DNA of 63,990 nt, the filler included, from Thermoplasmatota archaeon (lineage in GTDB: Archaea; Thermoplasmatota; E2; JACPAO01; JAHFTW01): the NCBI GenBank assembly GCA_041623215.1. It is 7 parts of 7 records of this genome, joined end to end, with 100 filler letters (N's around TTAATTAATTAA, not from the genome) between each part and the next. Parts side by side here need not be neighbours in the genome. Positions count along the whole stretch, not along the records: positions 1 to 10,236 come from JBFJXH010000063.1; 6 more parts are not named here. One strand, given 5' to 3'. How positions within the stretch are numbered: position 1 is the first letter of the stretch; each line of letters starts with the position of its first letter. Under the pieces are notes generated by a model. That model saw only the letters and a program-made list of their open reading frames with translations, was not told the DNA's origin and made no database searches. Positions 1-9,086 of the stretch are shown here, in pieces. The position numbers were made by a program, and so were the translations under genes.

Positions 1-1
1 C

Positions 2-700
2 CCAACTACTTGGGGGTACCATCGACCAGGCCAGCGTGCCGTCGGGGCGCCATGCCGAAATGTTGTGGTAGGCAACATGAACGAAGGTGCCATCGTGGCC
101 CACGGGCGCGCCGTGGCTGTGGGGTCGTTCGGCCGTCCACAAAAGTTGGCCATCAAGGTCGGTGGCGACCAAGGTGTTCGTCTCGCCCTCCACCATGCGG
201 GTTACCGTACCTCCGATTACCGCGGGCCCGCCCGAAAGGGGGTTCCATGCGTTGCCGTTGGGGGCCCTACTGGTCCACAGCGGTTGGCCATCAAGTCCGA
301 AGGCCATCAAATTCGAGTCATGGTCTTCGAACAGGATGCGGTCGCCGAGTACGGTGATGCCGCCGTTCCCATCGGGGTATTCCCCACGGTCGATAACATG
401 GCTCCACAACAGCTCACTTGTTGCCACGTCCCGCGCTGCAAAGTGAATCTCGTAGCTTGGATGGAGGCCGTGCAACTCCGTACTGTACAGAATCCCGTCT
501 TCAATCGCCAAGGCGAACGGATATTGCATCGTGCCCTGTTCGGACCACGCCAGCGCAAAGGGGTGAATGCTACCGGGGGTCGGGGAGGGCTCGGTTGCTG
601 CCGCATGGGACAGGGCCGGCCAGGCCACCAGAGCGACCAGGACAAAGGTGGTCAGGGCGGACAGGGGGGTGGCACCATGGGGCCTGGCGCGGCGGGTCAT
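2..700 (-). CDS. Secreted PQQ/BamB-like beta-propeller repeat protein (3'-truncated at window edge)
   Basis: Manual translation of the minus strand from ATG at 700: signal peptide (LSALTTFVLVALVAWPALSHA) followed by repeated propeller-blade motifs (ATSELLW, GLDGQPLW, DLDGQLLW, RPDGTLAW). Frame is open to the window edge. The + ORF 65..751 is its antisense shadow. Confidence 0.7.
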   Translation of the reverse strand, partial: MTRRARPHGATPLSALTTFVLVALVAWPALSHAAATEPSPTPGSIHPFALAWSEQGTMQYPFALAIEDGILYSTELHGLHPSYEIHFAARDVATSELLWSHVIDRGEYPDGNGGITVLGDRILFEDHDSNLMAFGLDGQPLWTSRAPNGNAWNPLSGGPAVIGGTVTRMVEGETNTLVATDLDGQLLWTAERPHSHGAPVGHDGTFVHVAYHNISAWRPDGTLAWSMVPPSSW

Positions 701-791
701 GCCACCAGACAATGTCCTGTCTTACATAAGGAGCCTGGGAACGTCGTCTGACGGCCAAACGATTTCAAGCCCCCGTCCAGGTGCGCGTGGC

Positions 792-2615
792 ATGCGTGCA
801 TGGCTGATGGCCACGACCTTGACTGTAGTGGCGCTTTCTGGTTGCCTCATTGACGACCCGCCCGCCGACGAGCGATACGGCCACTTGGCAGCGCCCGGAG
901 CCGAAATTACGGACCAAGGCAACGTGCGCATCTTGTCGTGGGCAGGTGAAGTGGGGCCAGGGGCATCCGCGCCGCTACTCGGAGGATTGCCGGGCTCGGA
1001 TGAGGCGGGTGTCCAGTTTGAGGCCGATGCCAGCGTCGGCTATGTATCGGTGGCCGCTACTGCCGATGACCCGGTGGTGGTCCTCCTCCGGGACCCGGAC
1101 GGCCGCATCGCTTGCGGCACGCCTGGGGGTCCGGGTTCACCCATGCCCTGCACGGCACCCATTGATCCAACTGCGGGTGGCGGCACCTACAATGTAACCA
1201 TCCGGCACGGCGGCGCGGGCGAGGCGACTGCGTTTCGCCTCCTCGTTGAACTGCATCCGCCGGAGCACGTCCGTTATGGCGAGGTGCACGGACTGTCCGA
1301 CAACCTGACCTTCCACGTGAGTGACACCGGCATTGCGGGTGGCGAGCCAACCGTTGGCGTCACCAGTGACGGCACCATCTTCGTCGTTGAAGGGACGACC
1401 GTCTTGCGCAGCCAGGACGATGGCACCTCGTGGCAGGATGTCACGCCAGACGGCCACGAATTGACCTTGGACCCGATGCTGTATGTGGACCCGTGGACCG
1501 ACCGAGTCTATGTCAACCACCTCTACGTCGCGTGCTCCTACCTAGCATGGAGTGACGACCTGGGCGAAACATGGGTTACCAATCCCGCAGCCTGTGGTGA
1601 TACCGCCATTGACCACCAAAAACTGGCCGTCGGGGCAAGCCCCTTGCCCATTGCGCCCTTCTTTGACGGGACCGTCTACTTCACGTTCAATTCCTTCGCC
1701 CTCCTCGTCGATGGCGCCAGCCACATCGTCGCCAGCCGCAGCCTAGATGGTGGAATCACCTGGAGCAATGCCATCGCTTTGACTGAAGGCGACCTCGGCA
1801 CCTACCGGACCGGTGGACCGGTCGCGGCCGACCAGGATGGCCACGCCTACATTCCCTTCTACCTGTGTGATGGCGGCTTCGGCGTCACGGCAAGCAGCGA
1901 CTACGGCGTCACCTGGACGCCCACTCGTGCAGGGGGCCAGAGCGGCGCCTGCGAGGGGATTGACCCCGGCCTTGCCATTGACACCGCTGGTAACGTCTAC
2001 GGCGCGTATTGGGGGCCGACCGGCATTCGGGTGGTCGCCAGCAGCGACCACGGCGGCAGCTGGATTGATGTGGGGCCGCGCCAAGGCATGGATGCAGATG
2101 CAGGCCCCGTGAGTGCCGAGGGATTGCGCTCCAGCGTCCTCGTTGATGCCATCGCTGGCGATGAAGGCCGAGTGGCTGTTGCCTACCTCGCCACCGCCGA
2201 TTCGGCAAACGGGCCCAACCGCGCGCACGGATGGAGCACGTGGCACCTCTATGTCAGTGTCAGCGACGACGCATTGGCTGCGCTGCCGACGTGGACCACC
2301 ACGCGCGTCACGCCGGATGACGACCCCGTCCAAATCGGTACCATTTGCACCGGCGGCATCGGCTGCTTTGGCGGCAATCGTAACCTGCTTGATTTCATCG
2401 ACATCCAACTCACGCCCGACGGCCGCATTGTGGTTGCCTACACGGACGGCTGCCTGGATGATTGCCAAGCGTCCCCCCTGCCTCAGACCAGCCGGGACCG
2501 GCGCGGCGTCGTTGCGGTGCAACGCGATGGCCCGACGCTCTTTGAGGCGGGGGCACCATGGAGCACGGCTGGCGACGACGGCGCGGCAGCAGCGGTCTTC
2601 CAGATTGCCTCGTAG
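792..2615 (+). CDS. Lipoprotein with sialidase-like BNR/Asp-box beta-propeller
   Basis: Lipobox-like VVALSGC; Asp-box repeats SQDDGTSW, SDDLGETW, SLDGGITW, SSDYGVTW, SSDHGGSW. Start placed at the ATG of MRAWLM. Confidence 0.8.
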   Translation: MRAWLMATTLTVVALSGCLIDDPPADERYGHLAAPGAEITDQGNVRILSWAGEVGPGASAPLLGGLPGSDEAGVQFEADASVGYVSVAATADDPVVVLLRDPDGRIACGTPGGPGSPMPCTAPIDPTAGGGTYNVTIRHGGAGEATAFRLLVELHPPEHVRYGEVHGLSDNLTFHVSDTGIAGGEPTVGVTSDGTIFVVEGTTVLRSQDDGTSWQDVTPDGHELTLDPMLYVDPWTDRVYVNHLYVACSYLAWSDDLGETWVTNPAACGDTAIDHQKLAVGASPLPIAPFFDGTVYFTFNSFALLVDGASHIVASRSLDGGITWSNAIALTEGDLGTYRTGGPVAADQDGHAYIPFYLCDGGFGVTASSDYGVTWTPTRAGGQSGACEGIDPGLAIDTAGNVYGAYWGPTGIRVVASSDHGGSWIDVGPRQGMDADAGPVSAEGLRSSVLVDAIAGDEGRVAVAYLATADSANGPNRAHGWSTWHLYVSVSDDALAALPTWTTTRVTPDDDPVQIGTICTGGIGCFGGNRNLLDFIDIQLTPDGRIVVAYTDGCLDDCQASPLPQTSRDRRGVVAVQRDGPTLFEAGAPWSTAGDDGAAAAVFQIAS

Positions 2616-2642
2616 GCCGCATCGCCGCTAAGCAGCGGGTCG

Positions 2643-3320
2643 TCAGGACCGACGGCCGGGTGGCCGAATCGATTCGTCGAGCCACGCCTCGTGCTCCTTG
2701 GGCGCCGGGGGGACAAGCGAACGAACCGTTTCTGACGACTCCACCTCGTGGGCGTTTCGCCACGAACCCAACGCCTTGTCAAAAACCTGGCTCGTAACGC
2801 CAAACCAGTATTGCTCGTTCTTGTAGTGGTGCAGCAAGTGGCTGCGTTTCAAAGGCCGGAGCCAAGGCATCCAGGGGCGAACCCCGGGCCGGTGGGATGT
2901 CAGGTGCACGTATTCGTAATGGACCAGACCAACGAAATTGCCGGTGCTGAAGGCCGCCGCCGCAGGCAGCCCGGCTAGCGCCCATGCGAGTAGAAAATAC
3001 ACGATGCCGAACGTGACGCTGATGCGAGGGTCGTTGAAGAGAACATCCAGTTCGCCAGGGTCTTCGTGATGCAGGATGTGCTGACGGCTCGTAACTCGGC
3101 CAAGGCGTTTGTTCACCAACCCATGAAAGGCAAAGCGGTGCACCAAGTATTCATTCGGGTAAAACCAAAGAAAACCAATTGTGGCCGTAAGAGTCGTATG
3201 CCACCACATTTCCAGTGGCCACCCCATGGCGGCTCCCACCATGACGAAGAGGCCGGCCCACTTGGGTAGCATGCGTCGATGACGAAGCCAAGGCCACAGC
3301 GAGGTGCCCGCCTGAACCAT
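2643..3320 (-). CDS. Fatty acid hydroxylase / sterol desaturase family di-iron membrane enzyme
   Basis: Histidine boxes HRFAFH, HILHH, HLTSH, HLLHH, plus FGVTS..FD and transmembrane segments. Confidence 0.85.
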   Translation of the reverse strand: MVQAGTSLWPWLRHRRMLPKWAGLFVMVGAAMGWPLEMWWHTTLTATIGFLWFYPNEYLVHRFAFHGLVNKRLGRVTSRQHILHHEDPGELDVLFNDPRISVTFGIVYFLLAWALAGLPAAAAFSTGNFVGLVHYEYVHLTSHRPGVRPWMPWLRPLKRSHLLHHYKNEQYWFGVTSQVFDKALGSWRNAHEVESSETVRSLVPPAPKEHEAWLDESIRPPGRRS

Positions 3321-3489
3321 AGATGGACATGGGGGCCTGCGATTGAAACTTTACACGCCTCCCGTGGAAGGGCGCCATGCTCAGCGGCAAGAGGCCTGGC
3401 GGTGCAGGGCGCGGGCGGCCAGAGCAAATCACCCGAGTGGGGGAATGGATGAGGAATCGAAGGCCAAGACTGGCAAGGTCCTCAGGAGA

Positions 3490-4707
3490 CTACACGAACT
3501 CCTTGCGGATAATCCGTAGCGCGTCGGCCAGGGCAAACATCAGGCTGGCAAGCGCGACCACTAGAATTGCCATGATGAGTCCGGTTGACCAGTAGTAGGC
3601 CTGTAATTGGAACAGTCCAGGCGTCTTGTCTAGCAATTGGGCAAGAATGAGGCTACCCACAATCAGGACCAAGAAAACCACGCCCATGACGACATAAACC
3701 TTGGACCGGGCGCGAATGCGGCTGGTCACGATGCCGACGCGGCGCCGGTTGGCATCGGCGGCATCCACTGCTTCCTGCACCATACTTTCCACATCCGACA
3801 GGGTCGCGTCGCGTTCCTTACCAATCAGCCGAAGCACCGTGGCCTCGTCGGTGCCGCTGGCGAAACCGCTGATGCGGCGGTTCAACTCCTCCACATCGCG
3901 GTCGGTGCGAGCATCATGGCTTGCGAGTGCGTCCTGCGCGTGCGCCAAGTCGCCCTCCAGCGCCTGCGCCCGGTGCTGGGCTTCCGCAGCTTGCGCTTCG
4001 GCAGCCTGCAGCCGCGACTCCAGCTCGGCCAAGTCGCGCTGCATCGCCTCTGCGTTTGCACCGCCACCATCCTTCTGAAGTCCAACGACGGCCATGTTGA
4101 GGCGCTCAATGGCGTCATTGGTGCCCCGCTGGTGCTCGGCCGTGGCATGAGAATCCGCCTTGTTGCGAAGCGCATCCTGGAGGCCCTGAACGCGCTCATG
4201 CAGGCCCTGCACTTGCTGGCGAACCGATGCCAAAGCAGCGTCACTCAGATTGGCACCCGCTCCGGCCACGGCGCCGTGCATGCCTGCATCGTGCGCGTGG
4301 CCGTCCAGGGTGCGCTCCAGTTCACTTAACTCGCGTCGGATACCGGACAGGTCGGTCTCCTGGGTCCGCATCGCCAGGATGACGCTGCGCAGTGTAAACA
4401 GAACCACCGCCGTAACGAGGACAATCAAGCCCACCGTGAAGATGGTGCTCGCCATCGCCTCATCGGGGCTCATCAGCCCTTCGCCATCCGTGTAGATGAC
4501 GTCGAGTCCCCCCAGAGCGCCAACGACGATGGTCGCGAGGGTGGCGACGACGAGAACGCCGCCAAGCCACATGTACAGTCCCAATCGACTCTCGGCTCGA
4601 TCGCGGGTTGCCCTCGCCGGCTCGTGCGACTCGGATGTAGCCACGTGGCCGCCGGGGGCGGGGGCCTCGTGTCGAGTCGCGGTTGTGACAGTGGTGGTCT
4701 CGCTCAT
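3490..4707 (-). CDS. Membrane protein with two TM hairpins flanking a long coiled coil
   Basis: Two N-terminal and two C-terminal hydrophobic helices; central Ala/Glu/Gln-rich heptad region (ELESRLQAAEAQAAEAQHRAQALE). Confidence 0.7.
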   Translation of the reverse strand: MSETTTVTTATRHEAPAPGGHVATSESHEPARATRDRAESRLGLYMWLGGVLVVATLATIVVGALGGLDVIYTDGEGLMSPDEAMASTIFTVGLIVLVTAVVLFTLRSVILAMRTQETDLSGIRRELSELERTLDGHAHDAGMHGAVAGAGANLSDAALASVRQQVQGLHERVQGLQDALRNKADSHATAEHQRGTNDAIERLNMAVVGLQKDGGGANAEAMQRDLAELESRLQAAEAQAAEAQHRAQALEGDLAHAQDALASHDARTDRDVEELNRRISGFASGTDEATVLRLIGKERDATLSDVESMVQEAVDAADANRRRVGIVTSRIRARSKVYVVMGVVFLVLIVGSLILAQLLDKTPGLFQLQAYYWSTGLIMAILVVALASLMFALADALRIIRKEFV

Positions 4708-4741
4708 GGTGACACCGATGGCAGACCAGCGGGGCCTCCCT

Positions 4742-5488
4742 TCATAAACGGGCCGGGGTGGATTCCCTAGAACGCCAACTGAGGCCTGCCGCGGAAGCTG
4801 GCTCGCGCTCGTCGTTTTCCGTCCGGTAGCCGGCCGCTGCCAAGCCGGCCGACGGGCAAAACTCGGCTAGCGGGCAGACGCCGCAGCGAGGGCGCCGCGC
4901 TACGCACATGAGCCTGCCATGGTCGATGATGCGGTGTGTGTAGGCATTCCAAGTGTCGGGGGGCAGCAACGCCTCCAACTCTCGACTCATGCCATCGGCC
5001 GTTGTTGCCTGCGAAAGCTTGAGCAATCGATTGATGCGAAGCATGTGGGTGTCCACCGTAACGCCGGCGGGAAGGCCGAACGCCGTCCCGAGAACGGCGG
5101 TGGCGGTTTTCTTGCCCACCCCGGGCAACTTGGTCAATTCGTCTACGCTCGTTGGCACCTGACCGTCGTGCTCAGCGACGAGGTGCTTGGCGGTGGCAAC
5201 GATATTGTGCGCCTTGTTGCGCCACAGTCCGATGCGGTTGATGATGGTGCCAACCTCCAGCGGGTCGGCGCCGGCCAGGTCCCGCGCCGTGGGCCACGAG
5301 GCAAACAAGTCCACGGTGACCTCATTCACCTTCACGTCTGTTGTTTGCGCCGATAGCATGGTGGCCACCAGCAACTGGAATGGGGAATCGTGGCGCAAGG
5401 CGCAGGTGCTTTGCGGGTAGGCCGCCGCCAAGGCGTCCACGATGTGTCGCGCCCGTTCGCGTCGGGCGACCTTGCCTTCTCGCGGCAC
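4742..5488 (-). CDS. nth: Endonuclease III
   Basis: LLVATMLSAQTTD, HhH motif LPGVGKKTA, VDTH, and [4Fe-4S] motif CVARRPRCGVCPLAEFC. Confidence 0.93.
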   Translation of the reverse strand: MPREGKVARRERARHIVDALAAAYPQSTCALRHDSPFQLLVATMLSAQTTDVKVNEVTVDLFASWPTARDLAGADPLEVGTIINRIGLWRNKAHNIVATAKHLVAEHDGQVPTSVDELTKLPGVGKKTATAVLGTAFGLPAGVTVDTHMLRINRLLKLSQATTADGMSRELEALLPPDTWNAYTHRIIDHGRLMCVARRPRCGVCPLAEFCPSAGLAAAGYRTENDEREPASAAGLSWRSRESTPARL

Positions 5489-5570
5489 GAGCGCCCGAGC
5501 CCGTGGCGTTACTTGTAGGCCAACACTCGTCGATGCCAGGTCCTAAACGGCTGTGGATGGTGGCACGGTC

Positions 5571-6764
5571 GTGGCGTTCACCGTCCGCGATGCGGTCCAC
5601 GGCTCAATCCATGTGCCTGACTGGATGGAGCCCATCATTGATTCACCGACGTTGCAGCGCCTGCGACGCGTGCGCCAACTTGGCACCGGCCACCTTGTTT
5701 ACCCTGGCGCGCATCACAATCGATTCGAGCACAGCCTTGGTGCCAGCCATGTCGCCGGCCGCTTGGCCGAATTACTGGGGTTTGACGACGATGATACGCG
5801 GCTGGTCAGGGCGGCCGCGCTGTTGCACGACGTTGGGCATGGGCCCTTCAGTCATGCGTTCGAGGAATTGACGAAGCAGCACGGCCACCGGCATGAGGAG
5901 GCCACCGTTGATTTGGTGCAATGGGGTCCGTTGGCAGATCCCCTTCGCCGCGGCGGCGTGGACCCCGTCGCCGTGGCGGAGGCAGTCCAGGGACAAGGTC
6001 GGTTGGGTCCCTTGGTCGCCGGCAGTCTTGATGCCGACCGCATGGACTACCTGGTGCGCGATGCGCACTACACGGGCGTCCGTTCCGCTGCCGACCCAGA
6101 CCGCATCTGCGGCGTTCTGCAATTGGATGATGACCATGGCGTGGTCCTTCGGGAAGCCGGCGTCGTGGCCGCAGAGGCCTTCCTGGCGACGCGGTTCTTG
6201 ATGTACCCCGCGGTGTACCTCCATCACACCGTACGTGCCAGCGAAACCATGCTGCAAGCCGCCATCGAAGCGCTGCTGGCCGACCCCGGCAGTGGGGGCC
6301 AGGAGCGCCCAGCGTTGCAGACCCTAGCGCGCGAGACTGACGATGGTCTGGAACACCTGCTGCGGCAAGGTCCGCCCGTCGCGGCCGAGCTCATGGAACG
6401 CCTCGATGCACGGCGCCTCTACAAGCGCGCGCACGAAGGGCGCTGGGCCGACTTTGAAGCGCTGGCGCAGCCAGCCTTGGCGACGGATGGCGCTGCCCGC
6501 CGGCAGGTTGCCGCAGAGATTGCGGGTGCCGCCGGTTTGGCCCCGCACGAGGTAATTCTAGACGTTCCGCACGCCCCGAAGTACCGCGAGCTTGACTTGC
6601 GCGTGCTGCGCCGCGACGGGGACGTGGTACCTTTGGTTGATGCCAGCCGCTTGGTGCGGGCGCTGCACGAGGCTCGCATGGACCACTGGCGGTTCTGGGT
6701 CTTTGCACCCGCCAGGCAGACCGACGCCGTGGCAACGGCCGCCGCCGACGTGCTGGCGTCCTAG
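5571..6764 (+). CDS. HD-domain phosphohydrolase (dNTP triphosphohydrolase/SAMHD1-like family)
   Basis: RDAVHG, QRLRRVRQLG, RFEHSLG, ALLHDVGHGPFSH, LDADRMDYLVRD, VYLHH. Confidence 0.9.
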   Translation: MAFTVRDAVHGSIHVPDWMEPIIDSPTLQRLRRVRQLGTGHLVYPGAHHNRFEHSLGASHVAGRLAELLGFDDDDTRLVRAAALLHDVGHGPFSHAFEELTKQHGHRHEEATVDLVQWGPLADPLRRGGVDPVAVAEAVQGQGRLGPLVAGSLDADRMDYLVRDAHYTGVRSAADPDRICGVLQLDDDHGVVLREAGVVAAEAFLATRFLMYPAVYLHHTVRASETMLQAAIEALLADPGSGGQERPALQTLARETDDGLEHLLRQGPPVAAELMERLDARRLYKRAHEGRWADFEALAQPALATDGAARRQVAAEIAGAAGLAPHEVILDVPHAPKYRELDLRVLRRDGDVVPLVDASRLVRALHEARMDHWRFWVFAPARQTDAVATAAADVLAS

Positions 6765-6826
6765 CGCCGCCGCGTAAGTGCCGCCCGGCACCATCCCTTC
6801 AAGAGGGTGCCCAGCGTGCACCGCTT

Positions 6827-8287
6827 GTGGAGAGGAGCCTCAAGGACCTCGTAGAGCGCCATTTTCGGGTCTATGAGCACCGTCGAGAGACCGTCGCCAC
6901 TGGGCTGACGGCCGAAGCCTTTCACATTCTGCTTCGAGACGGAGACCTCGTCGATTTCGACACTGCCTACGCTGCTTTCCAAGCTGACCTGAAGGCACTC
7001 GACCCCGAATTAGTGAGCATGTACCGCCACCACCTTGGCGAAGACCTCCTGCTCATCGCGGACAAGCCGCCCGTTCCCCCCGTCAAAGTGGGCCTCCACG
7101 TCGGCCTATTGCTGGCAACCATCTTGACCACGGTGGTGGGGGGTGCAATCTTCGCGGCCGGCTTCACCGACCCTGCCGGCACGAGTGGCACGAGCATTTG
7201 GGACCAAGAGAATCTGATTCGCGGGGCGCTGTGGTTTGCCCTGCCACTCATGCTCATCTTGGGCATCCATGAAATGGCCCACTTCGTCGCAGCCAGGCGC
7301 CACGGCCTGCGCGCTACCCCGCCCTTCTTCATTCCCTTCCCCCCGCTGGGCTTGCCTATTGGAACGCTTGGCGCCTTCATCAGTCTGCGCGACCCGATGC
7401 CGGACCGCAAGGCCCTCTTCGACGTCGGCGCCAGCGGACCGCTCGCCGGCTTCGCGGTGGCCATTCCCGTGGTCATCTTGGGTGCACTTCTCACGCAGGG
7501 AGCCGCCGTCGCGATTCCCGACCTGGCGACCCCGATTCTCGACGAGAGTCCATGGTATGACGTCTCCTGGGGCGAGAATGGCCACGCCACCCTGACATTT
7601 TCCATGGATGCCTTGAGTGGCGGCTTCAACGCGTCATCGAACCAGCCGGGGACCGGGGAGGCGGCCGACGCCCAATCCAATGGCACCATCATTCCTTGGC
7701 GCGTCACTGCGCCCGATGGCGACCGCGACTGGACAGTCGCCGCCACCTTGTTTGTCACGCGCGGGGACGACGTGGACGAGGTGTCCTTCACCCGAACCTT
7801 GGAGCCAGGCCAAAGCGAGGCACGCACGGTCACACTCCCCGCCGACACGACGGCCGCGCGACTTGAGCTGGACTGGGATGATGGCCTGGTGAGTTTTGGC
7901 GACCCCCTGCTCCTGCTGGCACTCGATCAATGGATTGGCAACGACGATTACCTGAGTCACCCCACGTTCATTGCTGGCTGGGTCGGTTTGCTACTGACGG
8001 GCATTAACCTGCTGCCCGCAGGCCAATTGGACGGTGGCCACGTCGCCCGGGCCGTACTCGGCGAGCGAACCCGGTACGCGGCCTACGCCGCCGTCGGGTT
8101 GCTCTTCTTCCTCGGCCTACAGTTCAGTTCGTGGCTGCTGATGGCAGCCTTCGTACTGTTCACGGGCATCCACCACCCGCCGCCCATGAATGACCGGACC
8201 GGCCTCGGGCCAGGTCGCCGCATCATAGCCGGTGTGGTTGTAGCGGTGCTTCTGTTGACCTTCGTCCCCATCCCCATTCAAATCTAG
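6827..8287 (+). CDS. Site-2 protease (peptidase M50) with soluble insertion
   Basis: HEMAH zinc motif, GTLGAFI, ASGPLAG, NLLPAGQLDGGH, multiple TM helices. Confidence 0.9.
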   Translation: MERSLKDLVERHFRVYEHRRETVATGLTAEAFHILLRDGDLVDFDTAYAAFQADLKALDPELVSMYRHHLGEDLLLIADKPPVPPVKVGLHVGLLLATILTTVVGGAIFAAGFTDPAGTSGTSIWDQENLIRGALWFALPLMLILGIHEMAHFVAARRHGLRATPPFFIPFPPLGLPIGTLGAFISLRDPMPDRKALFDVGASGPLAGFAVAIPVVILGALLTQGAAVAIPDLATPILDESPWYDVSWGENGHATLTFSMDALSGGFNASSNQPGTGEAADAQSNGTIIPWRVTAPDGDRDWTVAATLFVTRGDDVDEVSFTRTLEPGQSEARTVTLPADTTAARLELDWDDGLVSFGDPLLLLALDQWIGNDDYLSHPTFIAGWVGLLLTGINLLPAGQLDGGHVARAVLGERTRYAAYAAVGLLFFLGLQFSSWLLMAAFVLFTGIHHPPPMNDRTGLGPGRRIIAGVVVAVLLLTFVPIPIQI

Positions 8288-8324
8288 CGTCCCGCGCCCC
8301 GGATGCTGATGCTCTTGCGACCGC

Positions 8325-8537
8325 TCAGCGAGTCGTCGGTTGCGAGCGCCGCTCGGGTCGCTTGGTGGGCCTAGCCTGCCAAGTCGGTGCGCCACCGAAG
8401 AAGGCCAGCACGCCGATGGACGCCAACGTGATGCCGGCTCCCAGCAGCAAGTAGCTATGCCAAAGCACGGCTACGCGGAGCACGCCGATGCCGGTCAACG
8501 CATACATGAATGCGATGGACCGAACACCGAAGAGCAT
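8325..8537 (-). CDS. Small 2-TM membrane protein (hypothetical)
   Basis: 70-aa ORF filling the intergenic gap, with two hydrophobic helices and a basic tail. Confidence 0.4.
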   Translation of the reverse strand: MLFGVRSIAFMYALTGIGVLRVAVLWHSYLLLGAGITLASIGVLAFFGGAPTWQARPTKRPERRSQPTTR

Positions 8538-8649
8538 TAGATAGACTGGGAGTAGAACTGCTACTTAATCCGCCTGGCCGGGGCGTCGAACCACCAAGGA
8601 CCTTGCCACCTGTCGCTGGTCTTATGGCAGAGTTCGGTTTCGTCGGACT

Positions 8650-9045
8650 ATGCAGCAATATCCTGTCAAGCCGGGCCACGCCGGCAAGATTGACTTCAAG
8701 ATGATCTTCGAAGCGGCCTTCATGGGATACACCGAGGAAGATGGCTGGCTCAAATCCAGCTACGGGTCCATGCCGAAAATCTGGGCCAAGCAAGACGGCA
8801 AGAAATTCGTCATCGTAGACACCGAGACCGACTTGGAAGTTGCCAAGAAGATGGTCCACCTCGGCAGCGACGACCCCGCACTGGCCGCCGAAGCAGAGCA
8901 GGCGGCCACGGTCGCCAAGGACACGCAGCGGACGTGGAACGACTTCTTGGAAGGCGTCACTGGCTACGATGCCAAGAAGCGCTCGAAGAAGATTCAAGAA
9001 CAAGCCAAGAAGGACGCGAAGGCGGCGGCTGAAAAGGCCGCTTAG
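8650..9045 (+). CDS. DUF5611-like archaeal protein
   Basis: MQQYPVK N-terminus and C-terminal WNDFLEGVTGYDAKKRSKK motif typical of this archaeal family. Confidence 0.75.
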   Translation: MQQYPVKPGHAGKIDFKMIFEAAFMGYTEEDGWLKSSYGSMPKIWAKQDGKKFVIVDTETDLEVAKKMVHLGSDDPALAAEAEQAATVAKDTQRTWNDFLEGVTGYDAKKRSKKIQEQAKKDAKAAAEKAA

Positions 9046-9086
9046 CTAGTGCGCCCTGCGTCCAAGATTGCGGCACCCCGGTCAAG

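Noticed and set aside
65..751. Long alternative-frame ORFs (e.g. 65..751 +, 13215..14330 +, 20982..22424 +, 40153..41520 -)
   Set aside because: Antisense shadows of real genes, expected in GC-rich DNA; they carry no recognisable motifs.
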